The notes under the pieces are model-generated. The model worked only from the letters and a program-made list of their open reading frames with translations. It did not search any database and was not told where the DNA came from. A stretch of DNA of 64,000 bases from NCBI GenBank assembly GCA_963792555.1, contig CAWBWP010000004.1, forward strand, positions 592,578 to 656,577. Reading direction: 5' to 3'. Origin of the DNA: an uncultured Alphaproteobacteria bacterium. Lineage in GTDB: Bacteria > Pseudomonadota > Alphaproteobacteria > Sphingomonadales > Sphingomonadaceae. The translations under genes and the position numbers were made by a program. Shown one piece after another: positions 46,667-57,405 of this stretch (within the stretch, counting starts at the first letter, position 1; every line of letters begins with the position of its first letter).

Positions 46667-49600
46667 CGCGTCGCCGCCGCCACCGTCAGGCTCGCGTTCG
46701 GCACCAGCGCCATCATCTCGGGCGAATACAGCGCCTCGACGCGCGTCGGCGGCAGGTGGAAGGTGCCGGCGCTGTTCAGCCGCAGCGTATAGTCATAGGC
46801 GATCGTCGCCCGCGTCACCGCCTCGTAATGGGCGTGGACCGCGTCGGTCCGGCGCTCGACGAAGGTCGGCTGGACCCCCGACGTCGCCCCCGCCGCGAGG
46901 ATGTCGCTGCGCCCGCCGAGCGAGCCGCCGAGCACCGTCGCACCGGCCGGTACGGGGTCGTTGATGACGACCCACGCCAGCGGCGCGCGCGGCGTCACCT
47001 CGAGATGGACCTTCATGACGTCGCCGCGGCTCCAGCGGCCGGGGACCGCCTGCGCCACCGCTGACACGGCGCGGCGGACGGCAAAGCCACTGCTGAACGG
47101 CACCGTCAGCGGCACTGCGGCGCGGCTGGTGACGATCGCCCACGGCGCCCCCGTCCCGGCATGGGTCAGCGTCAGCGGCGCTGCGACCGCCGGCCAGGCG
47201 AGCGTCGCCTGCGCCGGCGTCGGCGTGTTCCAGTCGAAGGCGTGGTGCCCGCTCGCCAGCGTCGCGGTCGTTGTGCCGGCAACCGGCGTCGAACTCGAAC
47301 CGCGTCGAGAACGCCCGCATCGCCAGCGTGCCGACGGCATTGGCCGGCGTCGTGTCCCAGTGGCCGCGGCTCTGGTCAAGCATCAGGCCGCGGGCGATGC
47401 GGGGGCTGTCGGCGCGCCATTCGGGCAGCGCCGCCACCGCCTGCAGCAGTCGCGCCGCGGTCAGGTCGCGGGAGCCAAGCAGCTGCCATGCATCGTCGGC
47501 ACGCGCGATCGACAGCCGCGTCCCCTGCAGGTCGAGCCGCGCGCGCAGCACGGCCTCCGCCTGCTCGCGTTTGGCCGATGCATCGGGGATGCCGGGCAGG
47601 CGCAGCACGGTCAGCCAGTCGATCAGCGTCGCGGTGTCCCAAGCATCGGGCGTGACCGAGATCGGCTCGACCATCGCCGGCGTCGCCGCGCCCGCGCTCA
47701 TCAGCCCGGCGACTGCCGCCAGCCGCCGCGACGCGCCCTCGCCGGTGAAGCTCGCCGTCCCGACGATGCCCTTGGCCTTCTCGACGACGAGCACATCGTC
47801 GTGCGACCGCGCCACTCGCCCGCCGACGAAGCCGGTCAGGCCGGCGACCATCTTCGCCTCAACGTCGCGAGGGAGCGGCCAGCCGCTGTCGGCCGACAGG
47901 CGCAAGAGGTACGCGGTCAGCAAATCGTCGCCGGCGATCCAGTCGGCGGGGAAGAACCGGACCAGCCCGTCGCGGTCGAGATAGGCCGGCAGCAGCGCCG
48001 CCGCGGCGTCCCACCGCGCGCGGTCGCCGGTCGCCACCGCCACCGACAGCCGCTGCTCGATGCAGTCGTAGGGGTAGGCCGCCATGTAGGCGCGGACGCC
48101 GGGCAGCGACCCGCCGAGCGAGCGGCTGAGCACGACGTCGATGCCGCCGCGCCCGGGCAGCGCGGTCGCCGGCAGCGCGACGGGGAACGCCTGTTGCGGC
48201 GCCACCTGGACCAGCGTCGCCTGCAGCGTCTCGACCGGCACGGCGGGGGCGACCGTCTGCGCCACCTGCACGGCGTCGGTCGCGCCGCTCGTGGCGCGGG
48301 CGGCGATGGCCCAGGCGATTTTGCCCTCGCCCGGCGCGGCGACGTCCCACGCCACGGTTGCCGCCTCGCCGGCGGGGATGTCGACGATCCGGCTGGCGAG
48401 CGCCGCCGCCCCCGCCGTGCCGCTCAGGCTGACGCGCATCGCCTTCGCCGTCGCGTTGCGGGCGAGCACCGTCGCCGTATAGCGGTCGCCCTCGCGGACC
48501 AGCGGCGGGATACCGGCGAGGAGCTGCAGGTCCTGTGTCGTCCTGACCGTCGCCGCGCCGGTGCCGAACAGGTCGGAGCCCGCCGTCGCCACCGCGACCA
48601 AGCGGAAAGCGGAGAGCGAATCGTTCATCGTCACCGGCAGGTTTGCCCGCCCCTGCGCGTCGAGCGCGACGCGCCCGCGCCACAACAGCAGCGGGTTGAA
48701 GTCGCGCCGCACCGTCCCGCCTGCACCCTCGCCGCCGCCGCCGCCGGCTGCGAGCGCCTTGCGGCCATAGTGGCGCTTGCCGACGACCTGCGTCTGCGCC
48801 GTCGAGGTGAAGACGGACAGCGGCCGGTCGGCCATCATCGCCGTCAGCACGTCCCAGCTGTCGTTGCCGTGCAGCTGGAGCAGTGCCTCGTCGATCGCGG
48901 CAAAGGCGATCTCGCTGCCCGGCGGCAGCGCGCGGCCCTTCGGCGGGGTGACGGTGACGGTCGCCTGCGCCGTCTTGCGCACGGCATAGGTCGGGCTGTC
49001 GGTGGCGACGCGCACGCCCAGCCGGTGATCGTCCCAGCCGACGCGGATCTTGGCCAGGCCGAAGCGGTACGACGGCTTGGCGAGGTCGACCAGCGCGGTC
49101 GGGTACACCGCGTCGCGGCTCAGCCACGGCAGGTTCCAGCGCCGCGCGAGATCGGCGAGCCACAGCCGCCAGCCAGCGACGCGACCGCGCACCGCCAGCA
49201 CCGAGACGTAGATGTCGGGCGCATAGCCGCGCTTCAGCTGCACCGCCACGACCGGCTCCTTGCCCGACAGGGTGGTGACGAAGCTGTCGATGACGCCGTC
49301 GCGCAGCACGCTGACGAGCGCGGTCGCCTCGCGGAACGGCATCCGCACCTGGAACTTCGCGACGCCGCCGGCCGGGTATTCGGGGGTCTCGGGGACGACG
49401 TCCATGCGGTCGCCGTTGTCGCCGCCGAACCACCAGTCGTCGTCGCCGGCGAGCCACAGCGACTGGGTGGCGCGGCTGACGTGGCCGGCGGCGTCCGTCG
49501 CCGTCACCAGCGCGATCGCCTCGCCCGACACGCCCGCGTCGAGGGTGCAGCGGAACAGCCCGCGGTCGTCGGTGGTGCCGCTGCAGCCGCGGCCGAGTTC

Positions 49601-52426
49601 CTTCGTCTCCTGGCTGTTGTCATAGGCATAGAAGCCGCCGATCAGCCGCTTGCGGTAGGAATAGGTCTCGCGGCTGAACAGGCGGACGTCGACACGCTGG
49701 CCGCGCACCGGTCGGTTGGCGAGGTCGAGCGCGACGACCTGGAGGTGGGCGGCGTCGGCCTTCATGATCCAGCCGTCCTTGGCGATGCCGACGCGGACGC
49801 TCGCCGGATCGAGGCTGACCGACCCCTTGGCCGTCGCCACCTCGCCGTTGGCATCGTCGTAATCCATTTCGAGCGAAAGCGACGACGGCACCGTCACCGC
49901 GGACAGATGATCGACGACGACCCGCGCCGTGCCGCCGGCCGACAGCGTCACCGGCACGACCTGCGCCCGCGTCGGAGTCGGCGCGGCGGGCTCGTCGGCC
50001 CCGTCGAGGCGGACGATGCCGGGAACGATGTCCTCGCCGGTGAAGCTGAACTTCGGATAGTCGGCGATCTCGAGCGTGCGCGGGGCGACCATCGTCCGCA
50101 GCTTGACCGGGGCGTGCGCCGCGGCCCCGCCGGCGAGATAGGCGAGGCTCAGGTCGACCGGCACCGTACTCGGCGCGACCAGCGGCTTGGCCGGTCCGGC
50201 GACGCGGGCGCGGATCGTCGGCAGGCGGAACTCCTCGACGGTGAAGGTGCCCGACGTGTGCCGCTCGGTCGCGCCGCGCTCGCCGATCTCGACGCTGTAT
50301 TCGCCGAGCGCGGCAGCGGCAGGGACGGCCCACGCCGTCTCGCCGATGCCGTCGCGGCCGAGCTTGAGGTCGAGCTCGTAGGTCTGGTCGGACCCCAGGT
50401 GGCGGATGACGACGGTCGGATCGGCCGGCAGCTCGGCCGGCGCGAACCCGGCATCTGTGCGCTGCCGGATGACGTGCTTCATGTGCACCGTCTCGCCGGC
50501 GCGGAGCAGGGTGCGGTCGAAGATCGTGTGGTACGCCGTGCGGCCGGCGTCGCCGCCATAGATGCTGAAGTCGGATGGCGCGATGCCCTTGCTCCACTCG
50601 GTCAGCGTGAAGCTGAAGTCGTCGGCCGTGCGCGCGCTGACCATCAGCGGCGGCGTGCCGTACTCGCAGCTGCCGTACGACGCCGGCTCGGGCAGGCCGT
50701 TGCCGATCGCCGCACGCCCGGCACCATCGGTCTTCGCGGTCGCCAGCAGCCGACCGGTGCAGCTGTCGCTGACCGCGACGAGGGCGCCGGCGACGGGCGA
50801 CGCATCGCTGAGGTGCGTGACCCACGCCAGGCTGCGGCCGTGGCCCCACTGGAAGTGCACCGCCATGTCGGTGACGAGCGCGCCGGCGGCGACGTAGCGC
50901 GTACCGCCGCGCCCGAGCAGCGCGTTTCCAAGCAGCGGCGAGGCGAGCTCGACGACGTGGAAGCCGTTGCCCTTGAGCGGGATGCCGACGACCTCGAAGG
51001 CGCGTGCGTCCTGGCGGCGGATGGTCAGGCCGCGCGCCGGTGCCTCGGCGCGGATCAGCGGCGTCGACCGCGTCGTCTCGATCCACTTCTTGGCGTCGCT
51101 GCCGGCGATCGGCTCCTCGTCGTGGGTCCGCTCTTCGACCTTGTCGAGCGTCCTCAGCCAGCGGGCGATCGTCGCGTCGTCGGCGACGACGACATCGCGG
51201 CCGCCAATCGGGCCCCGCTCCTTGCCGCCGATGCTCGCCTCGACCGCGCGCACCGTCACCGGCAGGACGCCGCCCTCCTTCGCCTCGACGATGCCGAAGG
51301 TGCCGGCGAACTTGATCAGCGGCGGCGCGTCGGCAGTCGCGGTTTCGAGCGGGAAGCGCGCGGCGTTGGCCAGCGGCCGCCCGGCGTCGTCGGTCAGCCC
51401 GGCCGGCAGCAGCACCCGCAGCCGCGCGTGCTCGGCAAACGGCCCCTTGAAGCTCAACGCGTCGACCGTCTGCACGTGCGGCTTGAAGACGATCGTGGCG
51501 GCGTCCTTCCCGACGGCGTCGACCAGCCGCACCTGCCTGGCGAGCGCGACCGGCACCTGCCCGGTGAAGCGGATGCCGATCGGCTCGATCGGTGAGCAGG
51601 CCGCGGCCGGGTTGGCGCGGCTGCACTCGAGCCGGGCGACGAACGCCGGCCGCACCTTGAAGTCGATCCGGTTGGGGCGCAGCGTCGCCAAGCCCTCGGC
51701 AGTGGCGATGCCCGCGCCCCAGACGATGCTGACGCGCCCGCCGGACGGAAGAGTGCGGCGGCACTGCGCGGCGACGAGGACAGCCTTCGGCTGCGGCTGC
51801 TCGTCCCACTCGGGGTTGGGCGCGACCTGTCCCGCCTTTTGCAGGAAGGTGCGCATCGCATCGTCGCTGCCCGCGCCCGCGACGATCGCTGCGCGCCTGG
51901 CGTCGGACAGAATGTCGAGCGGCACCGCCTCGCCGATGCCCTCGATGGCGCAGGCGGCGTGGGCGGCGAGCGAGGCGGCGGTCGGCGCGGCGTTCAGCGC
52001 CAGCAGGAACGCCTGGTCCTCCTCGATCGTCCGCCCGTCCGCCGGCAGGGCCACGCGGATGTTCGGCCCGCCGGTGTCGAAGGCGAAACGCGCCGGCGCG
52101 AGCCGCGCGCCGGCAGCGTCCTTCAGCCCGGGGACGAGGGCGTAGCTGCACCGCCGGCCGCCGGCGAGCGGCGCGGGCAGGTCGATGGCATAGCGCTGCG
52201 CGTCGACCCAGCGCCCGCTCGCGCCTTCGCTGCATGTGCCGGCGACCGGCGCGGGCAGGCGGGGGTCGCCGAAAGCGACCATGGCTGTTGCGAATCGGAC
52301 CTGGATCTGGGCGACGCGCTCGACCGACCCGGTCGGTACGAACGCGGCAACGCCGGGTGCGGAGCCGCTCCCGGCCGGCGCTGCCAACGCCAGCGCGATG
52401 ATGATCCCCGCCCCGAGTTTACCCAT
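46663..52426 (-). CDS. bacterial alpha-2-macroglobulin family protein (YfhM-like), ~1920 aa, with one frameshift near 47300 as read
   Basis: MGKLGAGIIIALALAAPAGSGS signal. Very large multi-domain protein with MG domains. The bait and thioester region includes ...AYPYDCIEQRLS... (CxEQ thioester-type motif). After the frameshift the C-terminus continues in another frame, TPVAGTTTATLASGHHAFDWNTPTPAQATLAWPAVAAPLTLTHAGTGAPWAIVTSRAAVPLTVPFSSGFAVRR...AAATR*. The uncorrected ORF runs on to 46793. It sits directly upstream of pbpC, as yfhM-pbpC does in E. coli. Confidence 0.8.
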
Positions 52427-53062
52427 GACCGGGAGGATGACGCAGGCGCAGCCTACCGGCAAGCGAGCGCCATTGTATGGAGCCGCGCAGTGTCCAGGGC
52501 GAGCGGGCGGGGCTCGGCGCGGTGAGGGCGGCGGCGCTGCGGCTGCGGCTGTGCCGCCCGAACTCGGCGGCTGATTGCTCGCCGCGTTCCGTCTGTCCGG
52601 TTCCCGTCCGTCGCGCGATCGCGGGTAGAGGCATCGGCGGCAACTGCCTGACTGGCTGGGCGGCCGGCTCCGACGCGGGCATCGCGGCGCCGGGCCAGCC
52701 CGCTCGACGAACGGCCGCGGCCTGACGGCGGCGAACGTCAGCCGCGGGCCCTAGCGCGTCTCCCGCTCAGCCAGCTCGCGGCCGTTCCAACCCGAGGTCA
52801 GCCCAGTCAGCGGAAGTCCAGGGGTTCAGCCCCAGCCGCCCGAGGCGCTGTTCCACCCCGCATTAGCTCGGAAGTAGCCGCTCACCGGCTTAGGCCTGCA
52901 CCGGGCAAGCCTGTCTGCGGCAGGGGAACCGTGGTCGTCGCGCCTGTGTCGGTTTTCGGCTCAGGTGCCGAACGCGCGCTTAAATCGTTGCAAGCCAACG
53001 CATCGCCTCGCTGCCAAGGCCGGTCGCGTCGATCGGCCAGTGACCCTGTCCAGCTTCCCGGA

Positions 53063-53938
53063 TCAAGCAGCGTCGGCGATGTCGGACTGCCGGAGTCGAC
53101 GCGCGCGCAGTCCGGCGGCAACCAGGCCGAAACCGGACAGCATCATGGCCCAGGTCGACGGCTCGGGCACGCCGAGGATGGCGTTGTCGGCGATGACGCT
53201 CCACCCGGCATAGCCGCTGCGGCCGAAGGCGGCGTTGAGCTCGACGAGCATGGCGGGATCGATGGTGCTGAACGCGATATCGGTCGGCCCGAGCGGGTCG
53301 ATGGTGAAGTCGCCGGTGCCCCGGATGCCCCAGCTGAAGCCGCCGAGCAGGTCGACGACATGGTTGCCGAGCAGGGCGGGGGTCTCATAGGCGAAGAACG
53401 TCATGAACAGCGTCCGGTCGCCGGCGAACTCCTCGATCGGCGCGTCGGCGATGACCATGGTGCCGGGATTGACGCCGTCGTGGCTGTGCTGATTGCCGTA
53501 GCTCAGCTGCGGATAGGCCCAGGGCAGACCCGTGGCCGGGTTATTCTCGGTATCGGAATCATAAAAGGGATTGGCGTCGTCGCCGCCGGGCAACTCGTAA
53601 TCCCAGCCCCCGGCGGGATCGTCGACCAGGGTTCCCAGATGCTCGGGGGTGCTTGCCGGGGTGATGATCCGGCCCTGCCACGGGAAGGGTTCGTCGTCAT
53701 AGGTGATGAACTGCACGGTGCGGATTTGCCGTCCCGCGGCGTCGCTCATCAACGAACGGTAGCGGCCGTCGAGGGTGAACCTGCCGAACATTCCACCGGC
53801 GGCGGTGTTGCTGGCATCGATCGCGCCGATATGCACGGCGGCACCCCCGCCGACCGGCGTGGCGAGAATGTCGAGCGCCATGGCGGGTGCCGCCAGCACC
53901 GTCAGCGTCGCGCCGATCAAATTTTTATACCGCGCCAC
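53063..53938 (-). CDS. PEP-CTERM sorting-domain secreted protein
   Basis: GGGGAGAAAG RBS, then GTG. VARYKNLIGATLTVLAAPAMA signal. C-terminus ...ILGVPEPSTWAMMLSGFGLVAAGLRARRLRQSDIADAA*. Confidence 0.75.
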   Translation of the reverse strand: MARYKNLIGATLTVLAAPAMALDILATPVGGGAAVHIGAIDASNTAAGGMFGRFTLDGRYRSLMSDAAGRQIRTVQFITYDDEPFPWQGRIITPASTPEHLGTLVDDPAGGWDYELPGGDDANPFYDSDTENNPATGLPWAYPQLSYGNQHSHDGVNPGTMVIADAPIEEFAGDRTLFMTFFAYETPALLGNHVVDLLGGFSWGIRGTGDFTIDPLGPTDIAFSTIDPAMLVELNAAFGRSGYAGWSVIADNAILGVPEPSTWAMMLSGFGLVAAGLRARRLRQSDIADAA

Positions 53939-54411
53939 GACTTTCTCCCCAATCAACCCGGTAGAGTGCTTACCGACCGCGACGCGCTGCGCCAACACAT
54001 CGTCGTGCCGAACCGGAATGTCACCGCAAGGATCTCGACGCTGACCGACGGCCCGGCGGACCGGCGACGCGCCGCGACAACGACGGTATTGCACACCGCA
54101 GGCCGCAGCCGCCTTGCCGAAGCTCTGGGCCTTGGCGATTTCCGCAAACAGCGCGATGTCGCGCGGATCGTCTGTTCCTGTATCCCGGCCAAAGAACGGC
54201 CATGTCCGAGCAGCCGCGTATCTCCGACCGGTGAAGCACTGTGGCACTGCAGATCTCGCACCGGCCAAACCGTGCGGACGGAAGATCATCGAACGGCAGC
54301 GCAGGCTTGTACGACGGGCCACTGCATCATCATGCTCGTCGACCACCAAGCCACAACCATCGGCTAGGTGGTCCGCAATCCCGTGGCCATGGGCAATACT
54401 GGCTGCCGAAG

Positions 54412-54726
54412 CTAATCGACGCGGACGGCCCGGTAGATCTCCATGCCGCTCATACCCGCCGCCAGCTGCCGGACAGAAGCAACGAAGCTTCTAGACCCGG
54501 GTTGTGCGAAGTGACGCGCCAAAGCCTCGCGATCGGTCCAGCGCTCGACAAACAGCAGCTGCAACGGCGCTTCTGCCGAACGACCGACCTCGTGCGACAA
54601 ACATCCGACTTCGGAACGGGACCGCGCAACATGGGCGATACTTGCCGCAAGCAGCGCATCGAAGCTATCCGGGCGCGCGGTCACCGAACCGGTGACGATG
54701 ATGATCGAAGTCGCATCCACGGTCAC
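54412..54726 (-). CDS. antibiotic-biosynthesis-monooxygenase (ABM) domain protein, YgiN-like
   Basis: GAGAGGA RBS, then GTG. (M)TVDATSIIIVTGSVTARPDSFDALLAASIAHVARSRSEVGCLSHEVGRSAEAPLQLLFVERWTDREALARHFAQPG... This is the ABM ferredoxin-like fold pattern. Confidence 0.7.
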   Translation of the reverse strand: MTVDATSIIIVTGSVTARPDSFDALLAASIAHVARSRSEVGCLSHEVGRSAEAPLQLLFVERWTDREALARHFAQPGSRSFVASVRQLAAGMSGMEIYRAVRVD

Positions 54727-55000
54727 ATTATCCTCTCGGGGATTATTTCAGTCATGTTAGTCTCGCTTGTCGTCGGTTTTGGCAAAGCCAAGCAAGCGAA
54801 CTCACCCAGCGGTCGGCACCGCAGCGATCGCCAGGTCGGCCCACGTCCTGCAAGCTGATGGCGGAGGCGCGGCCGCAACCGGTTTTCGGGGCGCGGCGTA
54901 GGCACTCGAGGGCGTACTCGTGCGAGGGTCGAAGGCGGCATTCGCCAAGTGCGCCGCTCCCGTCGCGCGGCCAAACGCACGCGTCCGGCTTTGACTGGAA

Positions 55001-55077
55001 ATGGTGCGCCCGAAGGGAATCGAACCCCCGACCTGCGGTTTAGGAAACCGTCGCTCTATCCGGCTGAGCTACGGGCG
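55001..55077 (-). tRNA. tRNA-Arg (anticodon CCT)
   Basis: Reverse complement: GCGCCCGTAGCTCAGCCGGATAGAGCGACGGTTTCCTAAACCGCAGGTCGGGGGTTCGATTCCCTTCGGGCGCACCA. It has a 7-bp acceptor stem GCGCCCG/CGGGCGC, D-arm, anticodon loop TT-CCT-AA, T-arm GGTTCGATTCC and an encoded CCA. Confidence 0.9.
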
Positions 55078-55079
55078 CA

Positions 55080-55928
55080 CACGGGGCGGCGGTAAGGTCT
55101 GGCAGCGCGCCGGTCAACGACGGCGGCGCATAGGCGCGGCCGGCCTCGAGCGACGGGATGCGCGCGCGGGTCGCCGCGACGGCGGCAAGGTCGATGTCGA
55201 CCGCCGCGGTGCCGGGACCCTCGCCCATGTCGAGCAGCACCGGTACCCCAGGGGTCGACGACGAGCGAGTGGCCGAAGGTGGCGCGACCGTCGGCATGCT
55301 CGCCCGACTGTGCCGCGGCGACGACGAACGCGCCGCTCTCGATCGCCCGGGCGCGGAGCAGCGTGTGCCAGTGCGCCGCCCCCGTCGGCCGGGTGAACGC
55401 CGCCGGCACCGCGAGCACGCCGGCCCCGGCCAGCGCCAGGTCGCGGTAGAGCTGGGGAAAGCGGACATCGTAGCAGACGGTCAGCCCAAGGGCGGCCCAC
55501 GGCGTCGCCGCCACGACGGCGCGGTCGCCGGCGGCATAGGTCGCCGATTCGCGGTAGCTCTCGCCGGCACCGAGCGTGACGTCGAACAGGTGGATCTTGT
55601 CGTAGCGCGCAGCGACGCTGCCGTCGGCGGCGATCAGGAAGGCGCGGTTGACCAGGCGCTCGCCCTGCCGCAGCGCGAGGCTGCCGAGCTGGACCCAGAC
55701 CCTGTGCTCGGCGGCGGCGGCGCGAACGGCGGCGAGGACGACGTCGTCGCTCTCCGCCCGGATCGCCGCAGCCGCGCGCGCCCGGTCACGGTCGAGCAGG
55801 CCGCTCATCTCGGGGGTGAACACGATCGCCGCGCCCTGCCGCGCCAGCGCCGCGATGTCGACCACGAGCGCCGCCGCGTTCGCCGCCGGGTCGATGCCGG
55901 TGCAGGTCTGGACGACGCCGAGGCGCAT
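55080..55928 (-). CDS. carbon-nitrogen hydrolase (nitrilase superfamily, Nit/omega-amidase-like), with a frameshift near 55240 as read. The 3' end is uncertain, since the ORF as read runs into the tRNA
   Basis: MRLGVVQTCTGIDPAANAAALVVDIAALARQGAAIVFTPEMSGLLDR...LHKIHLFDV...TVCYDVRFPQLYR...GHSLVVDPWGT then, after a shift, VLLDMGEGPGTAAVDIDLAAVAATRARIPSLEAGRAYAPP... The catalytic E-K-C context is present (FTPE...; CYDVRFP). Confidence 0.7.
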
Positions 55929-55933
55929 CCGCG

Positions 55934-56191
55934 TCACGCCGCGAGCAGGCCGTCCAGCTTGCCCGCCCGCTCGAGCGCGGCGAGATCGTCGCTGCCGCCG
56001 ATGGCGACGCCGTCGATGAAGATTTGCGGCACGGTCGTCCGCCCCTCCGACCGCGCGAGCATCTCGGCGCGCTTGGGTCCGCCCATCGTGATGTCGATTT
56101 CCTCGGGCTGGACGCCCTTGGCCTGCAACAGCTTCATTGCGCGCGCGCAGAACGGGCAGAGGAACTTGGTGTAGATTTCGACCTTGGCCAC
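55934..56191 (-). CDS. grxC: glutaredoxin 3
   Basis: (GTG start) MAKVEIYTKFLCPFCARAMKLLQAKGVQPEEIDITMGGPKRAEMLARSEGRTTVPQIFIDGVAIGGSDDLAALERAGKLDGLLAA*. CPFC active site. Confidence 0.9.
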   Translation of the reverse strand: MAKVEIYTKFLCPFCARAMKLLQAKGVQPEEIDITMGGPKRAEMLARSEGRTTVPQIFIDGVAIGGSDDLAALERAGKLDGLLAA

Positions 56192-56226
56192 GCGGCGGCT
56201 CCTTCAGCGCGAGCTGTATTATGCGG

Positions 56227-56991
56227 TCACAGGGCGGCGCGCACAACCCGCGCCCAGGTCAGCACCCGAACCTCGCTCGCGCCGGCGCGCAGGAGAACGC
56301 GGCTGCACGCCTCCGCCGTCGCCCCGGTCGTCAGGACATCGTCGATCAGCACCACGGAACGGCCGCGGATCGCCGCTGGCCGGGCGACCCGGAACGCGCC
56401 GCGGACATTGGCGCTGCGCGCGCGCCGGCCCATGCCCTGGCTGCTCGGCGTCGCCTTGGTCCGGACCAGCGCATCGACCGCCACCGTCGCCGGACTGCGC
56501 CGGGCGACGGCCTGGGCGAGGAGCGCCGCCTGATTGTAGCCCCGCCGCCACAGCCGCCAGCGGTGGAGCGGGACCGGGACCAGAACGGCGTCGGCCCCCA
56601 GCCAGCCGCGCCCGGCGCGCAGCATCTGCGGGGCCATGACCTTGGCCAGATGTTGCCGGTCGCCGTGCTTGAAGCCGAGGAGCACCGTCCGCGCCGCGCC
56701 GTCATAGGCGAGGGCGGCGCGCGCCGCTGCAAAGCCGGGCGGCGTTTCGAGGCAGCCGCCGCATCGCGCCGCCGGGCCGCGGTCGATCTCGAACGGCACC
56801 CCGCAGCCGGCGCAGACCGGATCGGTGATGAAGGTCAGGCCGCGCCAGCAGGCCAGGCAGAAGCGGCCGTCGTGCGCGACGATCTCGCGACACGCGGGGC
56901 AGCGCGGCGGCAGCAGCAGGTCGAGACCGTAGCCGCCGAGGCTGCGGGCGATGCTGGCCAGGCGGTGGAGTGACGGCGCGGCGGCGACCAT
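56227..56991 (-). CDS. comF: ComF-family protein (phosphoribosyltransferase domain)
   Basis: MVAAAPSL...LLPPRCPACREIVAHDGRFCLACW...CAGCGVPF (zinc-ribbon CxxC pairs), then PRTase motif ...VVLIDDVLTTGATAEA... Confidence 0.75.
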   Translation of the reverse strand: MVAAAPSLHRLASIARSLGGYGLDLLLPPRCPACREIVAHDGRFCLACWRGLTFITDPVCAGCGVPFEIDRGPAARCGGCLETPPGFAAARAALAYDGAARTVLLGFKHGDRQHLAKVMAPQMLRAGRGWLGADAVLVPVPLHRWRLWRRGYNQAALLAQAVARRSPATVAVDALVRTKATPSSQGMGRRARSANVRGAFRVARPAAIRGRSVVLIDDVLTTGATAEACSRVLLRAGASEVRVLTWARVVRAAL

Positions 56992-57405
56992 GCCCGATGC
57001 GTAGCATGCGAGCGGTTAAGACCAAATGCAGGCGGTGATGCGACCGACTGCGCCGGAGGTCGACATGCCGCTCGACAGGCGGGGCCGGGGCCGGCGGCGG
57101 CTGGGGGCCTGTGCAGCGGCGAGCAGGCCAGGCCGCGCGCGATTACAGGCTGTAACGCGGAGCAGAAATCGCGCAGCGGAAGATGAGAGCCTTCGTCGGG
57201 CGCCAGCCGGCGTTCGCGGGAGGCGGCCGGTGGAGTGCCGCCAGCCGGCGGTACTGCGCGAGCCGGCGGCCGGATCGCCACCCGCCGCCCTAACCCGCGC
57301 GATCCCGCAGGCGGGCGATCAGCGGCCGACGGCGGGCGGGCCTCCCCGCGCGGCGCAGTGGCCGACCTGGGTTCGGCCTTCCCGCGCGACGCGGCGCAGC
57401 GGCGG

